The position numbers and the translations under genes were made by a program. Of a stretch of DNA of 64,000 nucleotides, positions 40,851-53,719 are shown piece by piece; position 1 is the stretch's first letter, and the number at the start of each line of letters is the position of its first letter. The notes under the pieces were generated by a model. It did no database searches and had not been told where the DNA came from. It saw nothing but the letters and a program-made list of their open reading frames with translations. Origin of the DNA: Pristiophorus japonicus (lineage: Eukaryota); contig NC_091999.1 in the NCBI RefSeq assembly GCF_044704955.1, positions 66,092,001-66,156,000 of the forward strand, given 5' to 3'.

Positions 40851-41703
40851 TTAACATCTTAGTTACATGGACGTGGAGTTTAATTGGCACCTTCAATATA
40901 GATTGATCCTTTATTTAATCAGCGCTATAGGTGAGCTGATACGCTTTAATGGAAGCTTTTCTGAGTGTTTAATTGTGCTTAATCCAATTGATCAATTTGA
41001 TAACGCATTTTATGGGCAGACATTTCATAGCACATCTCTGCCGTACTCGATCTGGGAATCTTTGAGTGGACAGTATGGATAAGGTATTACTCGGTGTACA
41101 ATCATTGCTTTGCCTGTCCCGACCCACAGGGCAGTGTAGCGGGAACTTTGATCTATTTTCTCCTTGCTGTATCTGCATGAGAGTGCTTGGTCAGGCAAAT
41201 TTCAAGGAACCGTTAGATGCGTCTAACAGATAAACTGCGAGTGCTGGAGCCAGATATATATAATAAATCGTCCCATTGCCCAGATTAAGCAATGCACATT
41301 CATTGATGTTTAGATTCTTTCTGAAAAAATACCCAAGTTTTAATGAGTTAGTAAAGTTTTAACACTTTGAGCATCAGATTATTATTGAATGTGATTGGCC
41401 TGACCCTCGGCTCACTTTCAGAACAAACAGGAAGTGAATAATGCTCCAGAAAGCAGCGCATGTTTGGAACTGTTGGGAGGCTGCAAGTTATTTTCACAAT
41501 TTAAATGGAAAATGTCAAGACTCCCGCTCCAAATAACAGTAATGAGGACCTCATGTTTCGAACCATTATTTTGTCCAATTCTTCCTGAGAAAGGTTAAAA
41601 TCAGGGACAAACTGTGACGAGTTGCAGCTATTGGCCGGGGTCACAACACAAGGCACACAGTCCCTGAGCTGCAATTGTATGAACTATCTAAAGAGATAGA
41701 GTC

Positions 41704-44700
41704 TATTGTGTCCCTAACAGGGATGACACTGCACACAGGGAGGTTAAAGTAACAGTGACCTCAGTCTTTATTAAGACATTCCATTGTGATGAACAGACCT
41801 TAGGAGCCGGCTTATATACAGTGCTCTCAAGGGATGCTGGGATCCCTCGGGACTTCAGAGAATACACTCCCTGGTGGCGGAACATGGGAGTGCATGCTTT
41901 ATCGATAAACAACATCACTCCCCCGCAAAGTCAAGGTGAAAACTATTGACAAGGTGAGGCGGTAGGGAGCCTTTCTTTCGCTGGTGGACCACCTCGGTAC
42001 AAATGTCTGTTCTGGTGCGATGATTGTGCCTTCGCTGAGGTGGCGTGTTGTTTGTCCTGCAGGGCTGTTGGGTGAGCCTGGACTTGCTGGGCTGTTGGGC
42101 ATGATGGGTTCGATTTCCTGGTCCGTGGTGGTGTCGTTGATCTTTGGGTGTTTGTTGTAGGCTCGAAAATGGTGGTGTCTGCTGTGAGTTGTTCAGGGCA
42201 GCCTGTGAACCAACCGCAGCCTCGTTTGGTCCAGGTGCTTTCTGCAAATTTGATCATTGTCGACAAACACTCTACTCCCTTCTTTAGCTATCACCATGCC
42301 CGTGATCTGGCGGGCCGTGACAGGTGATTCATCATTTTCAAATGCTTTCTTGACCATCAACAAATCTGCGGGCTGTGCCGCCATCAACAAGTTTGCACGC
42401 TGCGCCATTTCCACCCTCGTGGTGGGCAATGTTAGCCGACTGAGAGCATCCGCACAGTTCTCGGTGCCTGGCCTGTGGCGGATGGCATAGATATATGCTG
42501 ATAGCGCGAATGCCCACCTTAGGATGCGGGCTGAGGCATTAGTGGTTATCCCCATGTTTTCAGCGAAAAGTAATATCAGGGGCTTGTGATCGGTTGCCAG
42601 CTCAAATTTGAGGCCAAACAGATGTTGAAGTATTTTCTTCACCCCGAAAACATGCCTCTTTCTCAAACATGCTCTCGGCCCTCTCGACCATAGACAAGCT
42701 CCTGCAGGCATAGGCGACAGGTTGCCACATCCCCACAACATTCGCTTTTTGTAATACGCACCTGACTCCGTACGGCTACGCATCACATGCTAGCACAAGT
42801 CTTTTACACGGGTTATAAAATACAAGCAGATTGTTGGAGCATAAAATGTTTCTGGCTTTCTCAAAAGCAATTACGTGGTTTATTCCCCATACCCAGTTCA
42901 CACCTTTCCGCAATAATACATGTAGGGGCTCTACGAGGGTGCTTAACCCCGGTAGGAATTAACAAAACAGTTGAGGAGTCCAAGGAACGAACGCAGCTCC
43001 GTGATGTCTGTGGCCTGGGCGCGTTCACGATAGCCTCTGTTTTGGCGTCTGTGGTCCGACTGCTGTCTGCAGCGATCTTTCTCCCCAAAAACTCCACTTC
43101 TGTTGCCATGAAGACGGATTTCGTCATCTTCAGCCGCAGCCCGACGCGATCCAGTCGCTGGAGGACGTCCTCCAGGTTTTGTAGGTGCTCGACGGTATCC
43201 CGACCAGTGACCAATATGTCTTCCTGAAAAAGCACCGTGCATGGTACTGACTTGAGAATGCTCTCCATGTTTCTCTGGAAGATGGCTGCAGCCGACCTAA
43301 TTCCAAACGTGCATCTGTTGCAGATGAACAGACCCATGTGCATGTTGATGCAGGTGAGGCCCTTTGAATACTCCTCCAGCTCCTGTGTCATGTAGCCGAA
43401 GTCAGGTCGAGCTTCGTGAATGGCTTGCCTCCTGCCAGCGTCGCAAATAGGTCGTCTGCTTTGGGTAGCGGGTATTGGTCCTGTAGCGAGAAACGATTAA
43501 TAGTTACTTTATAATCGCCGCAAATCCTGACCGTGCCATCACTTTTGAGTACTGGAACAATGGGACTGGTCCACTCGCTGAATTCCACTATGCAGATAAT
43601 GCCCTCGCGTTGCAGCCTGTCCAGCTCGATTTCCACTCTCTCCCTTATCATGTAATGTACGGCTCACACCTTGTGGCGAATGGGTCGTGCCTCTGGGACC
43701 AAGTGGATCCGCTCCTTCACGTCGGAAAAATTTCCAATGCCTGGCTCAAAAAAGGAAGGAAATTTGTTAAGAACCTGGGTACATGAGGCCTCAGCGACAT
43801 GTGATAGCGCTCGGATGTCATCCCAGTTGCAGCAGGTTTATTCTAGCCAGCTCCTTCCAAGCAGTGTGGGGCCATCGCCCGGGACAATCCAGGGTGGCAT
43901 TTCGTGCATCGTACCGTCATAGGTGACCTTGACCATGGCGCTGCCCAGGACAGTGATAAGCTCTGTAGTACACATTCACAATTTCGTGTGGATGGGGCTC
44001 AGGGTTGGTCTTAATGCCTTGTTTCACCACAGTCTCTCAAACATCTTTTTAATCATGATGGATTGGCTAGCGCCAGTGTCCATTCCATGGCTATGGGTAA
44101 GCCATTCAATTTTAGATTTAGCATTAGAGGTGGACATTTCGTCGAAAATGTGTGCACCCCGTGTACGTCAGCATCTGCCTCCTCTCTCTGAGGCTCGAAG
44201 TTGCATTATTCCACCATGTACCGATCTTCCTCTGCCACGTGGTGGTTAGCAGGTTCTGCAGAACTTGCAGCTCGTCTGCAAGCTTGTTGGAGGTGCCCCA
44301 CTGTTCCACAGCTCTGGCAAATGTACCCATTGAAGCGGCATGAATAGGATGAATGGAAGCCTCCACAATGCCAACAAGGTGTGAATTGCCTTGCATTCAT
44401 CCGTTGTTGCGGACTCTGAGTCATCAGGGTCACCTGAGGTCCACTGGCAGTTTTAGACTTGTGTTTTCTGCCCTGTACATTTTTGCTTGCAAACACAGTT
44501 CCAGTTAATTTATGGATATTGATAGCACTTGTGTGCTGAGAGATATGTTTGGTCTTATCACTGGTGGACATAAACGCCTGTGCTATCGCAATGGCCTTAC
44601 TGAAGGTCTGTGTCTCTGCAGTGAAAAGTTTTCATAGGATGGTCTCGTGGCCAATGCCCTGTACAAAAAAGCCTCTGAGCCTTTGTTCCAGGTAGCCATC

Positions 44701-45306
44701 AAACTCACATTGTCCTGCAAGTCGCATTATCTCGGCGATGTAGCTCGCCACTTCCTAACCTTCGGATCGCTGGCACGTGTCGAACCGATACCTCGCCATT
44801 CAGCACCCTCTCCCTTGGGTTAAGATGCTCCCCAACCAGTGCACGCAGCTACTCATATGACTTATCTGTGGGTTTCACAGGAGCCAGAAGATTCTTCATG
44901 AGGCAATCGGTCGGTGCCCCACAGACCGTGAGGAGGACCGTTCTCCTTTTTGCAGTGCTTCCTTCTCCATCCAGCTTGTTGGCTACAAAGTACTGATCTA
45001 GCTGTTCGACATAGGCTTCCCAGTCCTCACCGTCCGAGAACTTCTCTAGGATGCCCACAGTTTGCTGCATCTTTGCATTGGATTTGTATTCTCGTCGCCA
45101 GTTATTTTGTTCCTGACAGAGATGAGACTGCACACAGAGAGTAACAGTGAGCTCAGTCTTTATTAAGGCAATCCAGATTGAGGAACAGTCCTTAGGGGCC
45201 GGCTTATATACAGTGCTCCCAAGGGATGCTGGGATCCCTTGGTACATCAGGGGATGCACTCCCTAGTGGCGGAAGATGGGAGTGCATGCTTTACAGATAC
45301 ACAACA
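41704..45306 (-). mobile_element. Decayed Ty3/Gypsy LTR retrotransposon (Mag-like), integrase mostly deleted
   Basis: LTRs 41704-41914 and 45103-45306; 5-bp TSD GAGTC at 41699 and 45307; PBS TGGCGACGAG (45091-45100); PPT GGGGGAGTGA; gag with two CCHC knuckles; RT (CGDYK, YPLP, KLDL); RNase H (TDHKPL); all frameshifted. Confidence 0.93.
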
Positions 45307-45506
45307 GAGTCAGCCCGCAATAAGTCATCATTGATAATAGCATCCGGTGGACTAATTTGCGCCAGATTGCTAAGATCCCTTTAATTTAAATATCCTCTTT
45401 CATTATAATGAAAATGCAAATAGATCTGGTAGAGGTGTCCAAAATATGAACGTTTCCTTCCATTAAATCTAGAAGAACTATTCCCACTGACTCGTGCAGA
45501 ATAATA

Positions 45507-46420
45507 GCATCTCACAGCACTGAAAGAGACCATTCGGCCATCGTGCCTGTGCCAGCTCTTAAACAGCCGTCCAATTGAGACCACCTCGCCAGGGTTTTCC
45601 TTGTAAACGTTTAAATCAGTCCTCCTGTAGTACATGACGAGCTGCCTGGTGCTTTCCTGAAAAATCCTACCCCCTGTGTGAAAATATTACCCCAATTTCC
45701 CCTTTTGATCTTTTGCCAATTATTTTAAATCTGTGACCTTTGGTTACCCACCTACTTTCCACTGAAAACAGTTTCGCCCTACTAGTTCTATCAAAACCTG
45801 ACATAATGCTGAATATCTCTTCTACATCTCCTTTTAACCTCTGCTCCAAGGAGAACATCCCAGCTTCTCCGATCTCACCACATAACTGAAGACCGTACCC
45901 CTGGCATCATCCTGGTAAAAGCCACTCCTGTACACTCTCCGTTGGCTTGATATCCTTCCTACATTGTGGTTCCAGAATTGTACACAACACTCCAGCTGAG
46001 GCCTAACCCGTGATCTGTAAAGGTTTCGCATAACCGCCTTGTTTTTGCAGTCAATGCCCCATTTAAAAAGTCAATTATCCTATACGCTTTCAAAACAGCC
46101 TTACCAGCTTGCCCTTTCACTTTGTAAATATGTACATCCAGATGTCTCTGTTCGTGTATCCACTCAAGACAGTACTATTTAGATTATACTGCCTCTTCAT
46201 GTTCCACCCAAAGTGCAGCGCTTCAAAATTATCTGCATTAAATTGCACCTGCCATGTCCCGGCCCATTTCACTGGTTCGTCTGTCTGTCTCCATATGAAG
46301 TCTGCTGCTATCATGCTCACTATTGGCTACTTTCCAAGGTTTTACATCATCTTTAACTTCGAAATGGTATTCCATATACCCTAGTCCACGTCATTTTATA
46401 TAACAAGAAGAACAAGGGGA
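45507..46420 (-). mobile_element. Old CR1-like LINE fragment
   Basis: RPQLECCVQFW, GHRFKIIGKR. Confidence 0.8.
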
Positions 46421-47158
46421 AATGAAATGGGCCATTTTAGGATAAATTTCCAGTTAAGCGAATTTTGGAATGGCATTTAATTCGGATTATTAACTGAGTG
46501 GGAGGAAGGAGGAAACTCAAGAGACATCCACTCAAAAGTTTGGGATAGAACCCAGATCACAGTGCGCTGGAGGATATCACTCTCCCTCAAATGCTGAAAC
46601 GGAAAGGGAGTGATTCGAATCAACCTCGATTTATCTACCGCTTCAATCTTAGAAAGTAGACTGTGGAAATGCTCCTGTTGAATCCTGTGGTTGTACAGTT
46701 TTGAGCGGTTTGGCTGATTACCTAAGCAGGAATTCGGCTGTTCCTTTTGAAGTGCAGTCACTGTTGTTTTGTATGGATGCGCCAGAGGCAATATGCACAG
46801 AGCAATTTTCCGCAAACTGCAACTAAATAATGACCAGATTTGGTGCTGATTGAGAAATAAATGCTGGCCGAAATAGCAGGAACAGTTCTCTGCTCTTCTA
46901 TGAAGGATTCTTTATTGAAGAAATGTGTAAAGGTACGTGTTTTGTAATGTGATAGAGCTCGGTGATAGAGAGGTGTGTTCCTGACCAGGGCATTGACAGG
47001 TGCTTATGATGGAACTGACAGAAGCTCAAATGCCCGTGTAGTCCTTGATGGGAAAATGGTGGAATTACTTTATTCTGCAGTCAAATCTCGAGTTGTTTGG
47101 TTCTTTTATAAGCATGGATTACAGAGTCTAACTTGTTCAATGGGCCATTCCTTCCCAG

Positions 47159-47458
47159 TAACACCGTCTTCCCCCACCCTCTACGCCCTGCTCTCCTCCT
47201 GTGAACAACCCAGCACCGACGGCACGGTCACGTACGGCTGTTTGGCAATGGACTACTCCCCCGAAATCACCAGCCTTTCCTGGAAGAAAGATAAAGAGCT
47301 GATCACCACTGGATTGAAGAGCTACCCGTCAGTGCTCAACAAGAAGGGAACCTACACCCTGAGCAGCCAGTTAATCATCACCGAGTCAGAGATGGGGAGC
47401 AGCACAATCCACTGCGAGGTACGACGCGGTGTGACTGTCTGGAACATCAGAATGCCAG
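47159..47458 (+). CDS. IGHM: IgM constant exon Cmu1
   Basis: Acceptor ttccc[17 protein letters not shown]...[10 protein letters not shown]...SW...HCEV..., donor G|GTTAGT; 300 nt, phase 1. Confidence 0.95.
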
Positions 47459-47767
47459 GTTAGTGGTGTGGGATACATGGCAAACTGTGATAAGGTGAGA
47501 AGGTATGTTCAACTTGTATAGAAGTTGCGTTAGACCATACTTAGAGTATTGTTTACAGTTTTGGTCCCCATATCACGGGAAGAATACTGTGTACAATGCT
47601 GTCTCCATATCACACTGAGAATACTGTGACCAGTTCTGGTCTCTGTAAATAGCAGGTTACTGTTAGTCTGACAGCATAGAATCTGTTAAAATATAAGGAT
47701 ACTTTGCATTTCTTAATCATGTACTTTGCAAGCAATGTCAATAATATATCTTCTATTGAATGACCAG

Positions 47768-48079
47768 AACCGGCCATCGTCCCTCCAACTCTTCTCCTCA
47801 CGCTGAGTTCCACTGAACAAATCACCAGCAGCAGATATGCAAGCGCCGTGTGTTCAATCATCGATTTCCAGCCAAAGCCACTGACCGTGAATTGGCTGAA
47901 GAGTGGACAACTCCTGGATTCGGGTTTCGTCACCTCTCCGGTCTTTGAGGTGAATGGGAGCTTCTCGGCGTCCAGTCGGCTGACAGTCCCTGCCGGGGAA
48001 TGGTTCACCGGCTCGATCTACACCTGCCAGGTCACTCATGAAGGGGTCACGCAAAGCCGTAACTTCACCAGATCTCAGG
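47768..48079 (+). CDS. IGHM: IgM constant exon Cmu2
   Basis: Acceptor acc[10 protein letters not shown]...[19 protein letters not shown]...YTCQVTH..., donor G|GTAAGA; 312 nt. Confidence 0.95.
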
Positions 48080-48229
48080 GTAAGAGGCACAATCCCGGGA
48101 GGTTCCAGACCATTCTGAGCGCTGATCTCAGTCACGATTTTTAATAGATTTAGTAAAAAGCGCACAACTATTCCTAATTTCTAATCATGCAGTTTGCGTA
48201 TACTTGTGATACAAAGTTGCCTTGACACA

Positions 48230-48630
48230 GCGCCTTCAGCGACCTCAGACTGAAGCAAAGCGCTTGCCAGCCAATGAATTAAATTGCGAAATGTGGTCAC
48301 AGTTGTAATGTACAAAGTACGGCAGTCATTTAGTGCACAGCAAGCTCCCACAAACAGCAGTGTGAAAATGGCCAGATTTTTTTGTAGAGTGATGTTTTTT
48401 GAGGGATAAATATTCCACCGACACCAGGGGCAACTCCTCTGCTTTTCATTGAACTAGTTCCAGGGGATGTTTCACCTGAGAGGCCAGACAGATCCTCGGT
48501 TAAAAACCTGATCCGAAAGCTGGCACCTCCGATAGTGCACCACGCCCCAGTACTGTAATGGGAGACTCAGCTTACATTTTGTGATCAAGTATCTGGAGTG
48601 AGATTTCAACCCACGATCTTCTATTTCAGG
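48230..48630 (-). mobile_element. Deu-domain SINE (minus)
   Basis: Reverse complement of the SINE core (GGCACCTCCGATAGTGCA; AGCTCCCACAAACAGCA). Confidence 0.65.
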
Positions 48631-48919
48631 ATTCCTCATTTTTCATGATTTAATAACCTCACCAAAGAAACTTTCCCGCTGCTCTGATTTCATGCAGTGA
48701 GTGAAGTGTCTTAGTCCCAGGTTTATCCGGAGTTGGCTGATCATACACGGAGCGGCAGTCGACGTTTGGAACCATTTACTGCTAACTGTCCAGGAACCGC
48801 ATGCTAGAATGGGCATCTACCCTATTCAGATGGGCTCTGCACCTCAGGAAGTATATACCTGTCATGGAGGCGGTAAAGTGCAGGATTACCTGAATGATAC
48901 CAGGGCTAATAAAGTAAAA

Positions 48920-50372
48920 TGATGAGGAGCCGAGTATAGAACATTAAGAGGTGATCCAATTCGGATGTTTAAGTTGATAAATGGAATTGATGGAGTAGTT
49001 ATAGAAACATTATTTGCTTTGGTGGGAGAGTCGATAACAAGTAGCATAACCTAATGATTAGAGCTAAGCCGCGCAGAGGTGATGTCAGGAAGGATTTCTT
49101 CACAGAAAGAACAGAGCAAGTCTGGATTTCCCGCCCCAAAAAGCTGCTGGTGCTGGGTTTCAGTTGAAAATTTGAAAACTATGAATGACAGATATTTATT
49201 AGGCAAGATTATCAAGTGTTACAGAACCAAGGCGTGAAGATGGTGTTGAGTGTAGATCAGCCCTGATCTAACTGGACGGCGGGACAGGATTGTTCGGCTG
49301 AGTGGGCAAATGCAGGACAGGTTAGGTGTGTGGTCTAATACATAGCAGATGTGGTATAATAGAGATAATTGTGAGATTATCCACTTTGGTTTAAAAACAG
49401 GGAGGCAGATTATTATATGAATGGTGACAGATTTTTGACAGGGGAGGTGCAACGAGACCTGGGTGTCATGGTAAATCAGCTCATTGAATGTATTCAAGTA
49501 ACAGATAGATAGATTTTTAACGAATAAGTGAATTAACGGTTACGGGGAGTGGGCAGGTAAGAGGAGCTGAGTTCGCGGCCAGATAAGCCATGATCTTGTT
49601 GAATGGTGGAGAAGGCTCGAGGGGCTAGATGGCATACTCCTGTTCCAAATTCTTATGTTCTTATGTTCTTATGTCATTGAAAGTTGGCATACTGGTACAG
49701 CAGGCGGTGAAGAAGGCAAATGGTATGTTGGCCTTCATAGCGAGGGGATTTGAGTATAGGAGCAGGGAGGTCTTATTAGAGTTGTACAGAGCCTTGGTGA
49801 GGCCACACCTTGAGTATTGTGTTCAGTTTTGTAACCTAATCTGAGGAAGGACATTCTTGCTATTAAGGTAGTGCAGAGAAGGTTCACCAGATTGATTCAC
49901 GGGATGACAGGATTGACATATGAAGAAAGACTCGATCGACTAGCATTATATTCAATGTAATTTAGAAGAATTAAAGGGGATCTCATAGAAACGTATACAA
50001 TTCTGACGGGATTCGACAGTTTATATGTAGCAAGAATGTTCCCAATGTTGTGAAAGTCCAGAACCAGGGTTCACAGTCTAAGGATAAGGGGTAAGCCATT
50101 ATAACCGAGATGAGAAGGCACTTGTTCACTCAGAGCGTTGTGAACATGTGGAATTCTCTACCACAGAAATTTGTTGAGGCCAGTTCGTTAGATATACACA
50201 AAAGGGAGTTAAATGTGGCCCCCTACTGCTAGAGGGATCAAGGGATATGGAGAGAAAGCAGGAATGGCGTACTGAAGTTGTATTTGCAGCCATGGTCATG
50301 TTGAAAGTTGGTGCAGGCTCGCCGGCCGAATGACCGACTCCTGCATCAATATTCTATGTTCTATGTTTCTAT
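48920..50372 (+). mobile_element. Nested CR1 LINE fragments in the Cmu2-Cmu3 intron
   Basis: [26 protein letters not shown]; two CR1 tails (about 49670 and 50370). Confidence 0.85.
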
Positions 50373-51088
50373 GAATGGGCCCTTCCTGTTCCTATATTGC
50401 TAATAATGCCGTCAGGTCAGATTTCATTCTGCCTCTCTCTCACCAGACAAAATAAATGCTCAATAATGACAGAAATTAACAAAGTATCTGAAACCATTAC
50501 AAATTATTCCTCACCACAAAAGACCCCTTGGAACGCCATTCTCCCGATATTGCACTTCTCCTCTGATGCGGGCTGTGACTGGTTCCTACTCATTTTCACC
50601 GCAACAAAAATCGCTGCAAGAGACCAGAACATTAACTTTGTTTCCTGTTGCCGCTAAAATTCTGAATTCATTTGAAACTGATTTTGAACCAGTTTAATAT
50701 TGGTGCAGAGCTCTTGAACTTCGGGCTATTCATACTTCAGATATTATAACCAGCCGCGATGCGTTTAGATGCAAGGAACTCCAAATGGATGTAAAGGAGC
50801 AAGGGATTTCAGGAATGTGCTATTCAGTGCCTAACACAATGACGCACAAATATATTCGCATTTTACACCGGGTATGTGCTTCACAGCCCATTACAGGTGG
50901 CTCTGGCTGCAAATAAACGCGAAAAGTTACAGATCTCCCGGAATCGTTGCCAATTCATTGCCCTTCCAACAACAGCGAGAGATTGAAATCTCAAAAATGA
51001 TTTATTCACCTTGAAAGAGTTAAGGCTAAGTATTGGTGTCCTGATTCTGAAGATGCAGCTTTTCCTGACTTTCATTCCTGTTTCGCAG

Positions 51089-51397
51089 TAGATGTACCAT
51101 GCAGCGATTCAAAAATCACTCTTCGCCCCCCGTCACTGGAACAGGTCTTACTGGAGGCGACGGTGACCTTAACCTGCGTCGTGTCTGACGCTCCTTATGG
51201 GCTCACCGTGTCCTGGACCCGAGAAAAGGAGGCTTTGAAATCAGAGATTGCCGTCCAACCCGGAGAGGATCCCAACAGTGTGATCAGCAACTTAAACATC
51301 TCGACACAAGACTGGCTGAGTGGGGCCAAGTTCTACTGCGTGGTGAGCCATCAGGATATGCCGAATTCTCTCAGTGATTCCATTCACAAGGAAAAGG
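51089..51397 (+). CDS. IGHM: IgM constant exon Cmu3
   Basis: Acceptor tttcgc[18 protein letters not shown]...LTCVVS...SW...FYCVVSH..., donor G|GTGAGT; 309 nt. Confidence 0.95.
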
Positions 51398-52245
51398 GTG
51401 AGTGGGGAGATTGTTGCAATAAGTGAGACACTGTGACTATTTCCTGTGCATGTGAAAGAGCCAAGTCATTAGATAAATTGCTTCATGGACTACTCTCAAC
51501 ATTCAGGTTGGCAATTCCACGAATTCAGCATTCTGGGACCTGGCATTATGGATTTAAGGGGAAACTGTTTAAGTCCGTGAGCAGGAAAGGAATAGAAGGG
51601 TCTGTTATTAGGGTTAGATGAAGTGAGTCAGGAGGAGGCTTGTGTGGAGCATAAACACCAACATAGACCAGTTGGACAAATCTCATTTTCTGAGCAGTAA
51701 ATTCTATGTAATTTTCCAGCCCAAGATTTGAGAGAGAAAGATTATGTTCCCTCTGCTGCGGGATGGAAAACCAGAGAGACCCCAGAGCGGAAAAGGAAAA
51801 GTGTTAGAATCCAACGCAGAGTCCATTTATCTCACATGTAACCATCGGAAATTGGCTGAATTTAAATGCGGAAGGCAAGTTGGAGGCGGTGGTCTCACAG
51901 GCCACCTGGGAAAACGGAAGAATTGGAAGCTGAGTGAGAAGGTCATGGATCGCAGGGGGTCGATTAGGCAGGGACACTGGATCTTAGATGTAGGTGTAAG
52001 GGCAATTAGCACCTGGAAGCAGCAGTCCCCCGCCTCGCTATAACTGCTGGGATTTACTCAGTGTGTCAAATCCGTCCAGCGACAGTTAAACACCAAATGG
52101 AGGTTACAATAGAGGATTCCAGCCTCATTTTTACATAATATTCAAATATAATATTACAAATGTAATATTTATCAGTAGGTTAAAATGACCACCATTGTCT
52201 CTGGAACTGTCCATTTGATTGGCCTTTATTGTAACTGTTCTACAG

Positions 52246-52637
52246 TGAAAGATCCACGGGAACCAGCCGTGTCTGTCCTTCTACCCTCGGCAGAAGTAAT
52301 CTCCGCTCAGAGGTTGGTGAGCCTCACCTGCTTAGTGAGAGGTTTCTTCCCGCGTGAGATCTTTGTCAAGTGGACCGTCAATTACAAACCAGTGGATTCC
52401 GGCAACTACAAGAACACCGAGGTGATGGCAGAGAACGGCAGCAGCTCCTTCTTCATGTACAGCCTGCTATCCATTGCAGCCGAGGATTGGGCCAGCGGCG
52501 CCTCTTACTCCTGTGTGGTGGGACATGAAGCGATCCCCTTGAAGATCACCAACAGAACCGTCAATAAATCGAGCGGTAAACCCAGTTTTGTGAACATTTC
52601 CCTTGTGCTGATGGACACGGTCAATTCTTGTCAATGA
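52246..52637 (+). CDS. IGHM: IgM constant exon Cmu4 plus secretory tailpiece
   Basis: [14 protein letters not shown]...[10 protein letters not shown]...YSCVVGHE...[23 protein letters not shown]. Tail has an N-I-S sequon and penultimate Cys; internal donor G|GTAAA after 52575 for the membrane form. Confidence 0.96.
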
Positions 52638-52665
52638 GAATCTCTCGATTGCATTTCAGTTCTTA

Positions 52666-52681
52666 AATAAAAACCAATAAA
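52666..52681 (+). terminator. Secretory-form polyadenylation signals (two AATAAA)
   Basis: AATAAA at 52666 and 52676, about 30-40 nt after the stop, followed by T/GT-rich sequence. Confidence 0.8.
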
Positions 52682-52779
52682 GTGCTTTTCTTCCATTTGT
52701 GTTAAACACACAGCCGCTCAATTTCCTATTTTTGCCAATGTGAGGGCTGTTTATATGAAGTAGGGTGCTTGCGGGTCTC

Positions 52780-53465
52780 GGGTCCATCATAGGCGGTCCC
52801 TCGAAACGTGAATGACTTCCTTCCACTGCTAAAAAGGATGAGTTCACAGGTGTTTCAATGAATGACCAAATATTCCGGATTCCAAACAACATCTTTAAGT
52901 GTGAAAGATACCTGTGCGTGAATTTTTTTAACGTGTGGTGGCCGATGCATCCCAGCTACCACATGGACTTGACAGAGCTCGGCCTTGGTCCTGTGGCAAG
53001 GATTAAACAGACGACTGGAGGCCAGCTCTGGTGCACGCAGTGCAAGCTGGCCCATGCTGCCCCTGAGCCCTCGCCACTTCTGGGACCCGAAATCGCGCCA
53101 CTCCTGAGCCCAGATCACATCCCTCTGCAAACTCTTGCCACTCCTTTGCCCGACCTGTCCACTCCTGCTGTATCTGCCCGCACTGCAGACATACGTCGCC
53201 CTCCTGCAGCAGCATGCGCTGCACATGCCGTCACACGCTACTCCCTCCAATGGCCCCGGCCTGCTCATGGTCTTGCAAGACGGGTCCACGCCGATTTCCG
53301 AGCTGGGCCAGAGCACGCTAATCTCTCCAATGGCCCCGGCCTGCTGTTGGTCTTGCACGCCGGGTCCACGCCGATTTCTGGGCGGGGCTGCCGCTCGCTG
53401 TGCCCTCCGATGGCCCCGGCCTGCTGATGGTCTTGCAGGCCGGGACGGCGCCGATCTCGGATCCA
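52780..53465 (-). mobile_element. GC-rich interspersed repeat (SINE/RTE-like, unclassified) with three internal ~80-bp repeats
   Basis: Abrupt GC shift; minus-strand end ...GAGGGACCGCCTATGATG; ATGGCCCCGGCCTGCT repeated at about 53250, 53330 and 53410. Confidence 0.5.
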
Positions 53466-53719
53466 TGGATTGTACAGCCAGCGCTCCAGCTCAGATACAC
53501 CATGGGTTAGAAAAAGGATGAAGCTCTCCCATTACAGGATTCCTGAAAGTAACCAGCTAATGTCCTCCCTTTCGAATTTCTGTCAAATAAACGCAGCGCA
53601 TTTAGATCACTTTGTCCCTATTTCACGGGTTTTCAATCCTGAATTCAGAATTGAAGCGAGTTTGATATTGTAGCATCGCAGCCTCTGCGAACTGAAGTGA
53701 GGGCCACAAACGGACATGG

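Noticed and set aside
41430-41439. Ets-IRF composite-like GGAAGTGAAT (also GGAAGTGAAC at 56935)
   Set aside because: Single imperfect 10-mers, not distinguishable from chance without conservation data.
36388-52637. Identification as IgNAR, IgW or IgM1gj
   Set aside because: V has a full FR2/CDR2; there are four mu-type C exons including Cmu1 and Cmu2 and a mu tailpiece.
52855-53521. 190-200 aa GC-rich ORFs on both strands
   Set aside because: No recognisable domain; expected from GC-rich repeat sequence.
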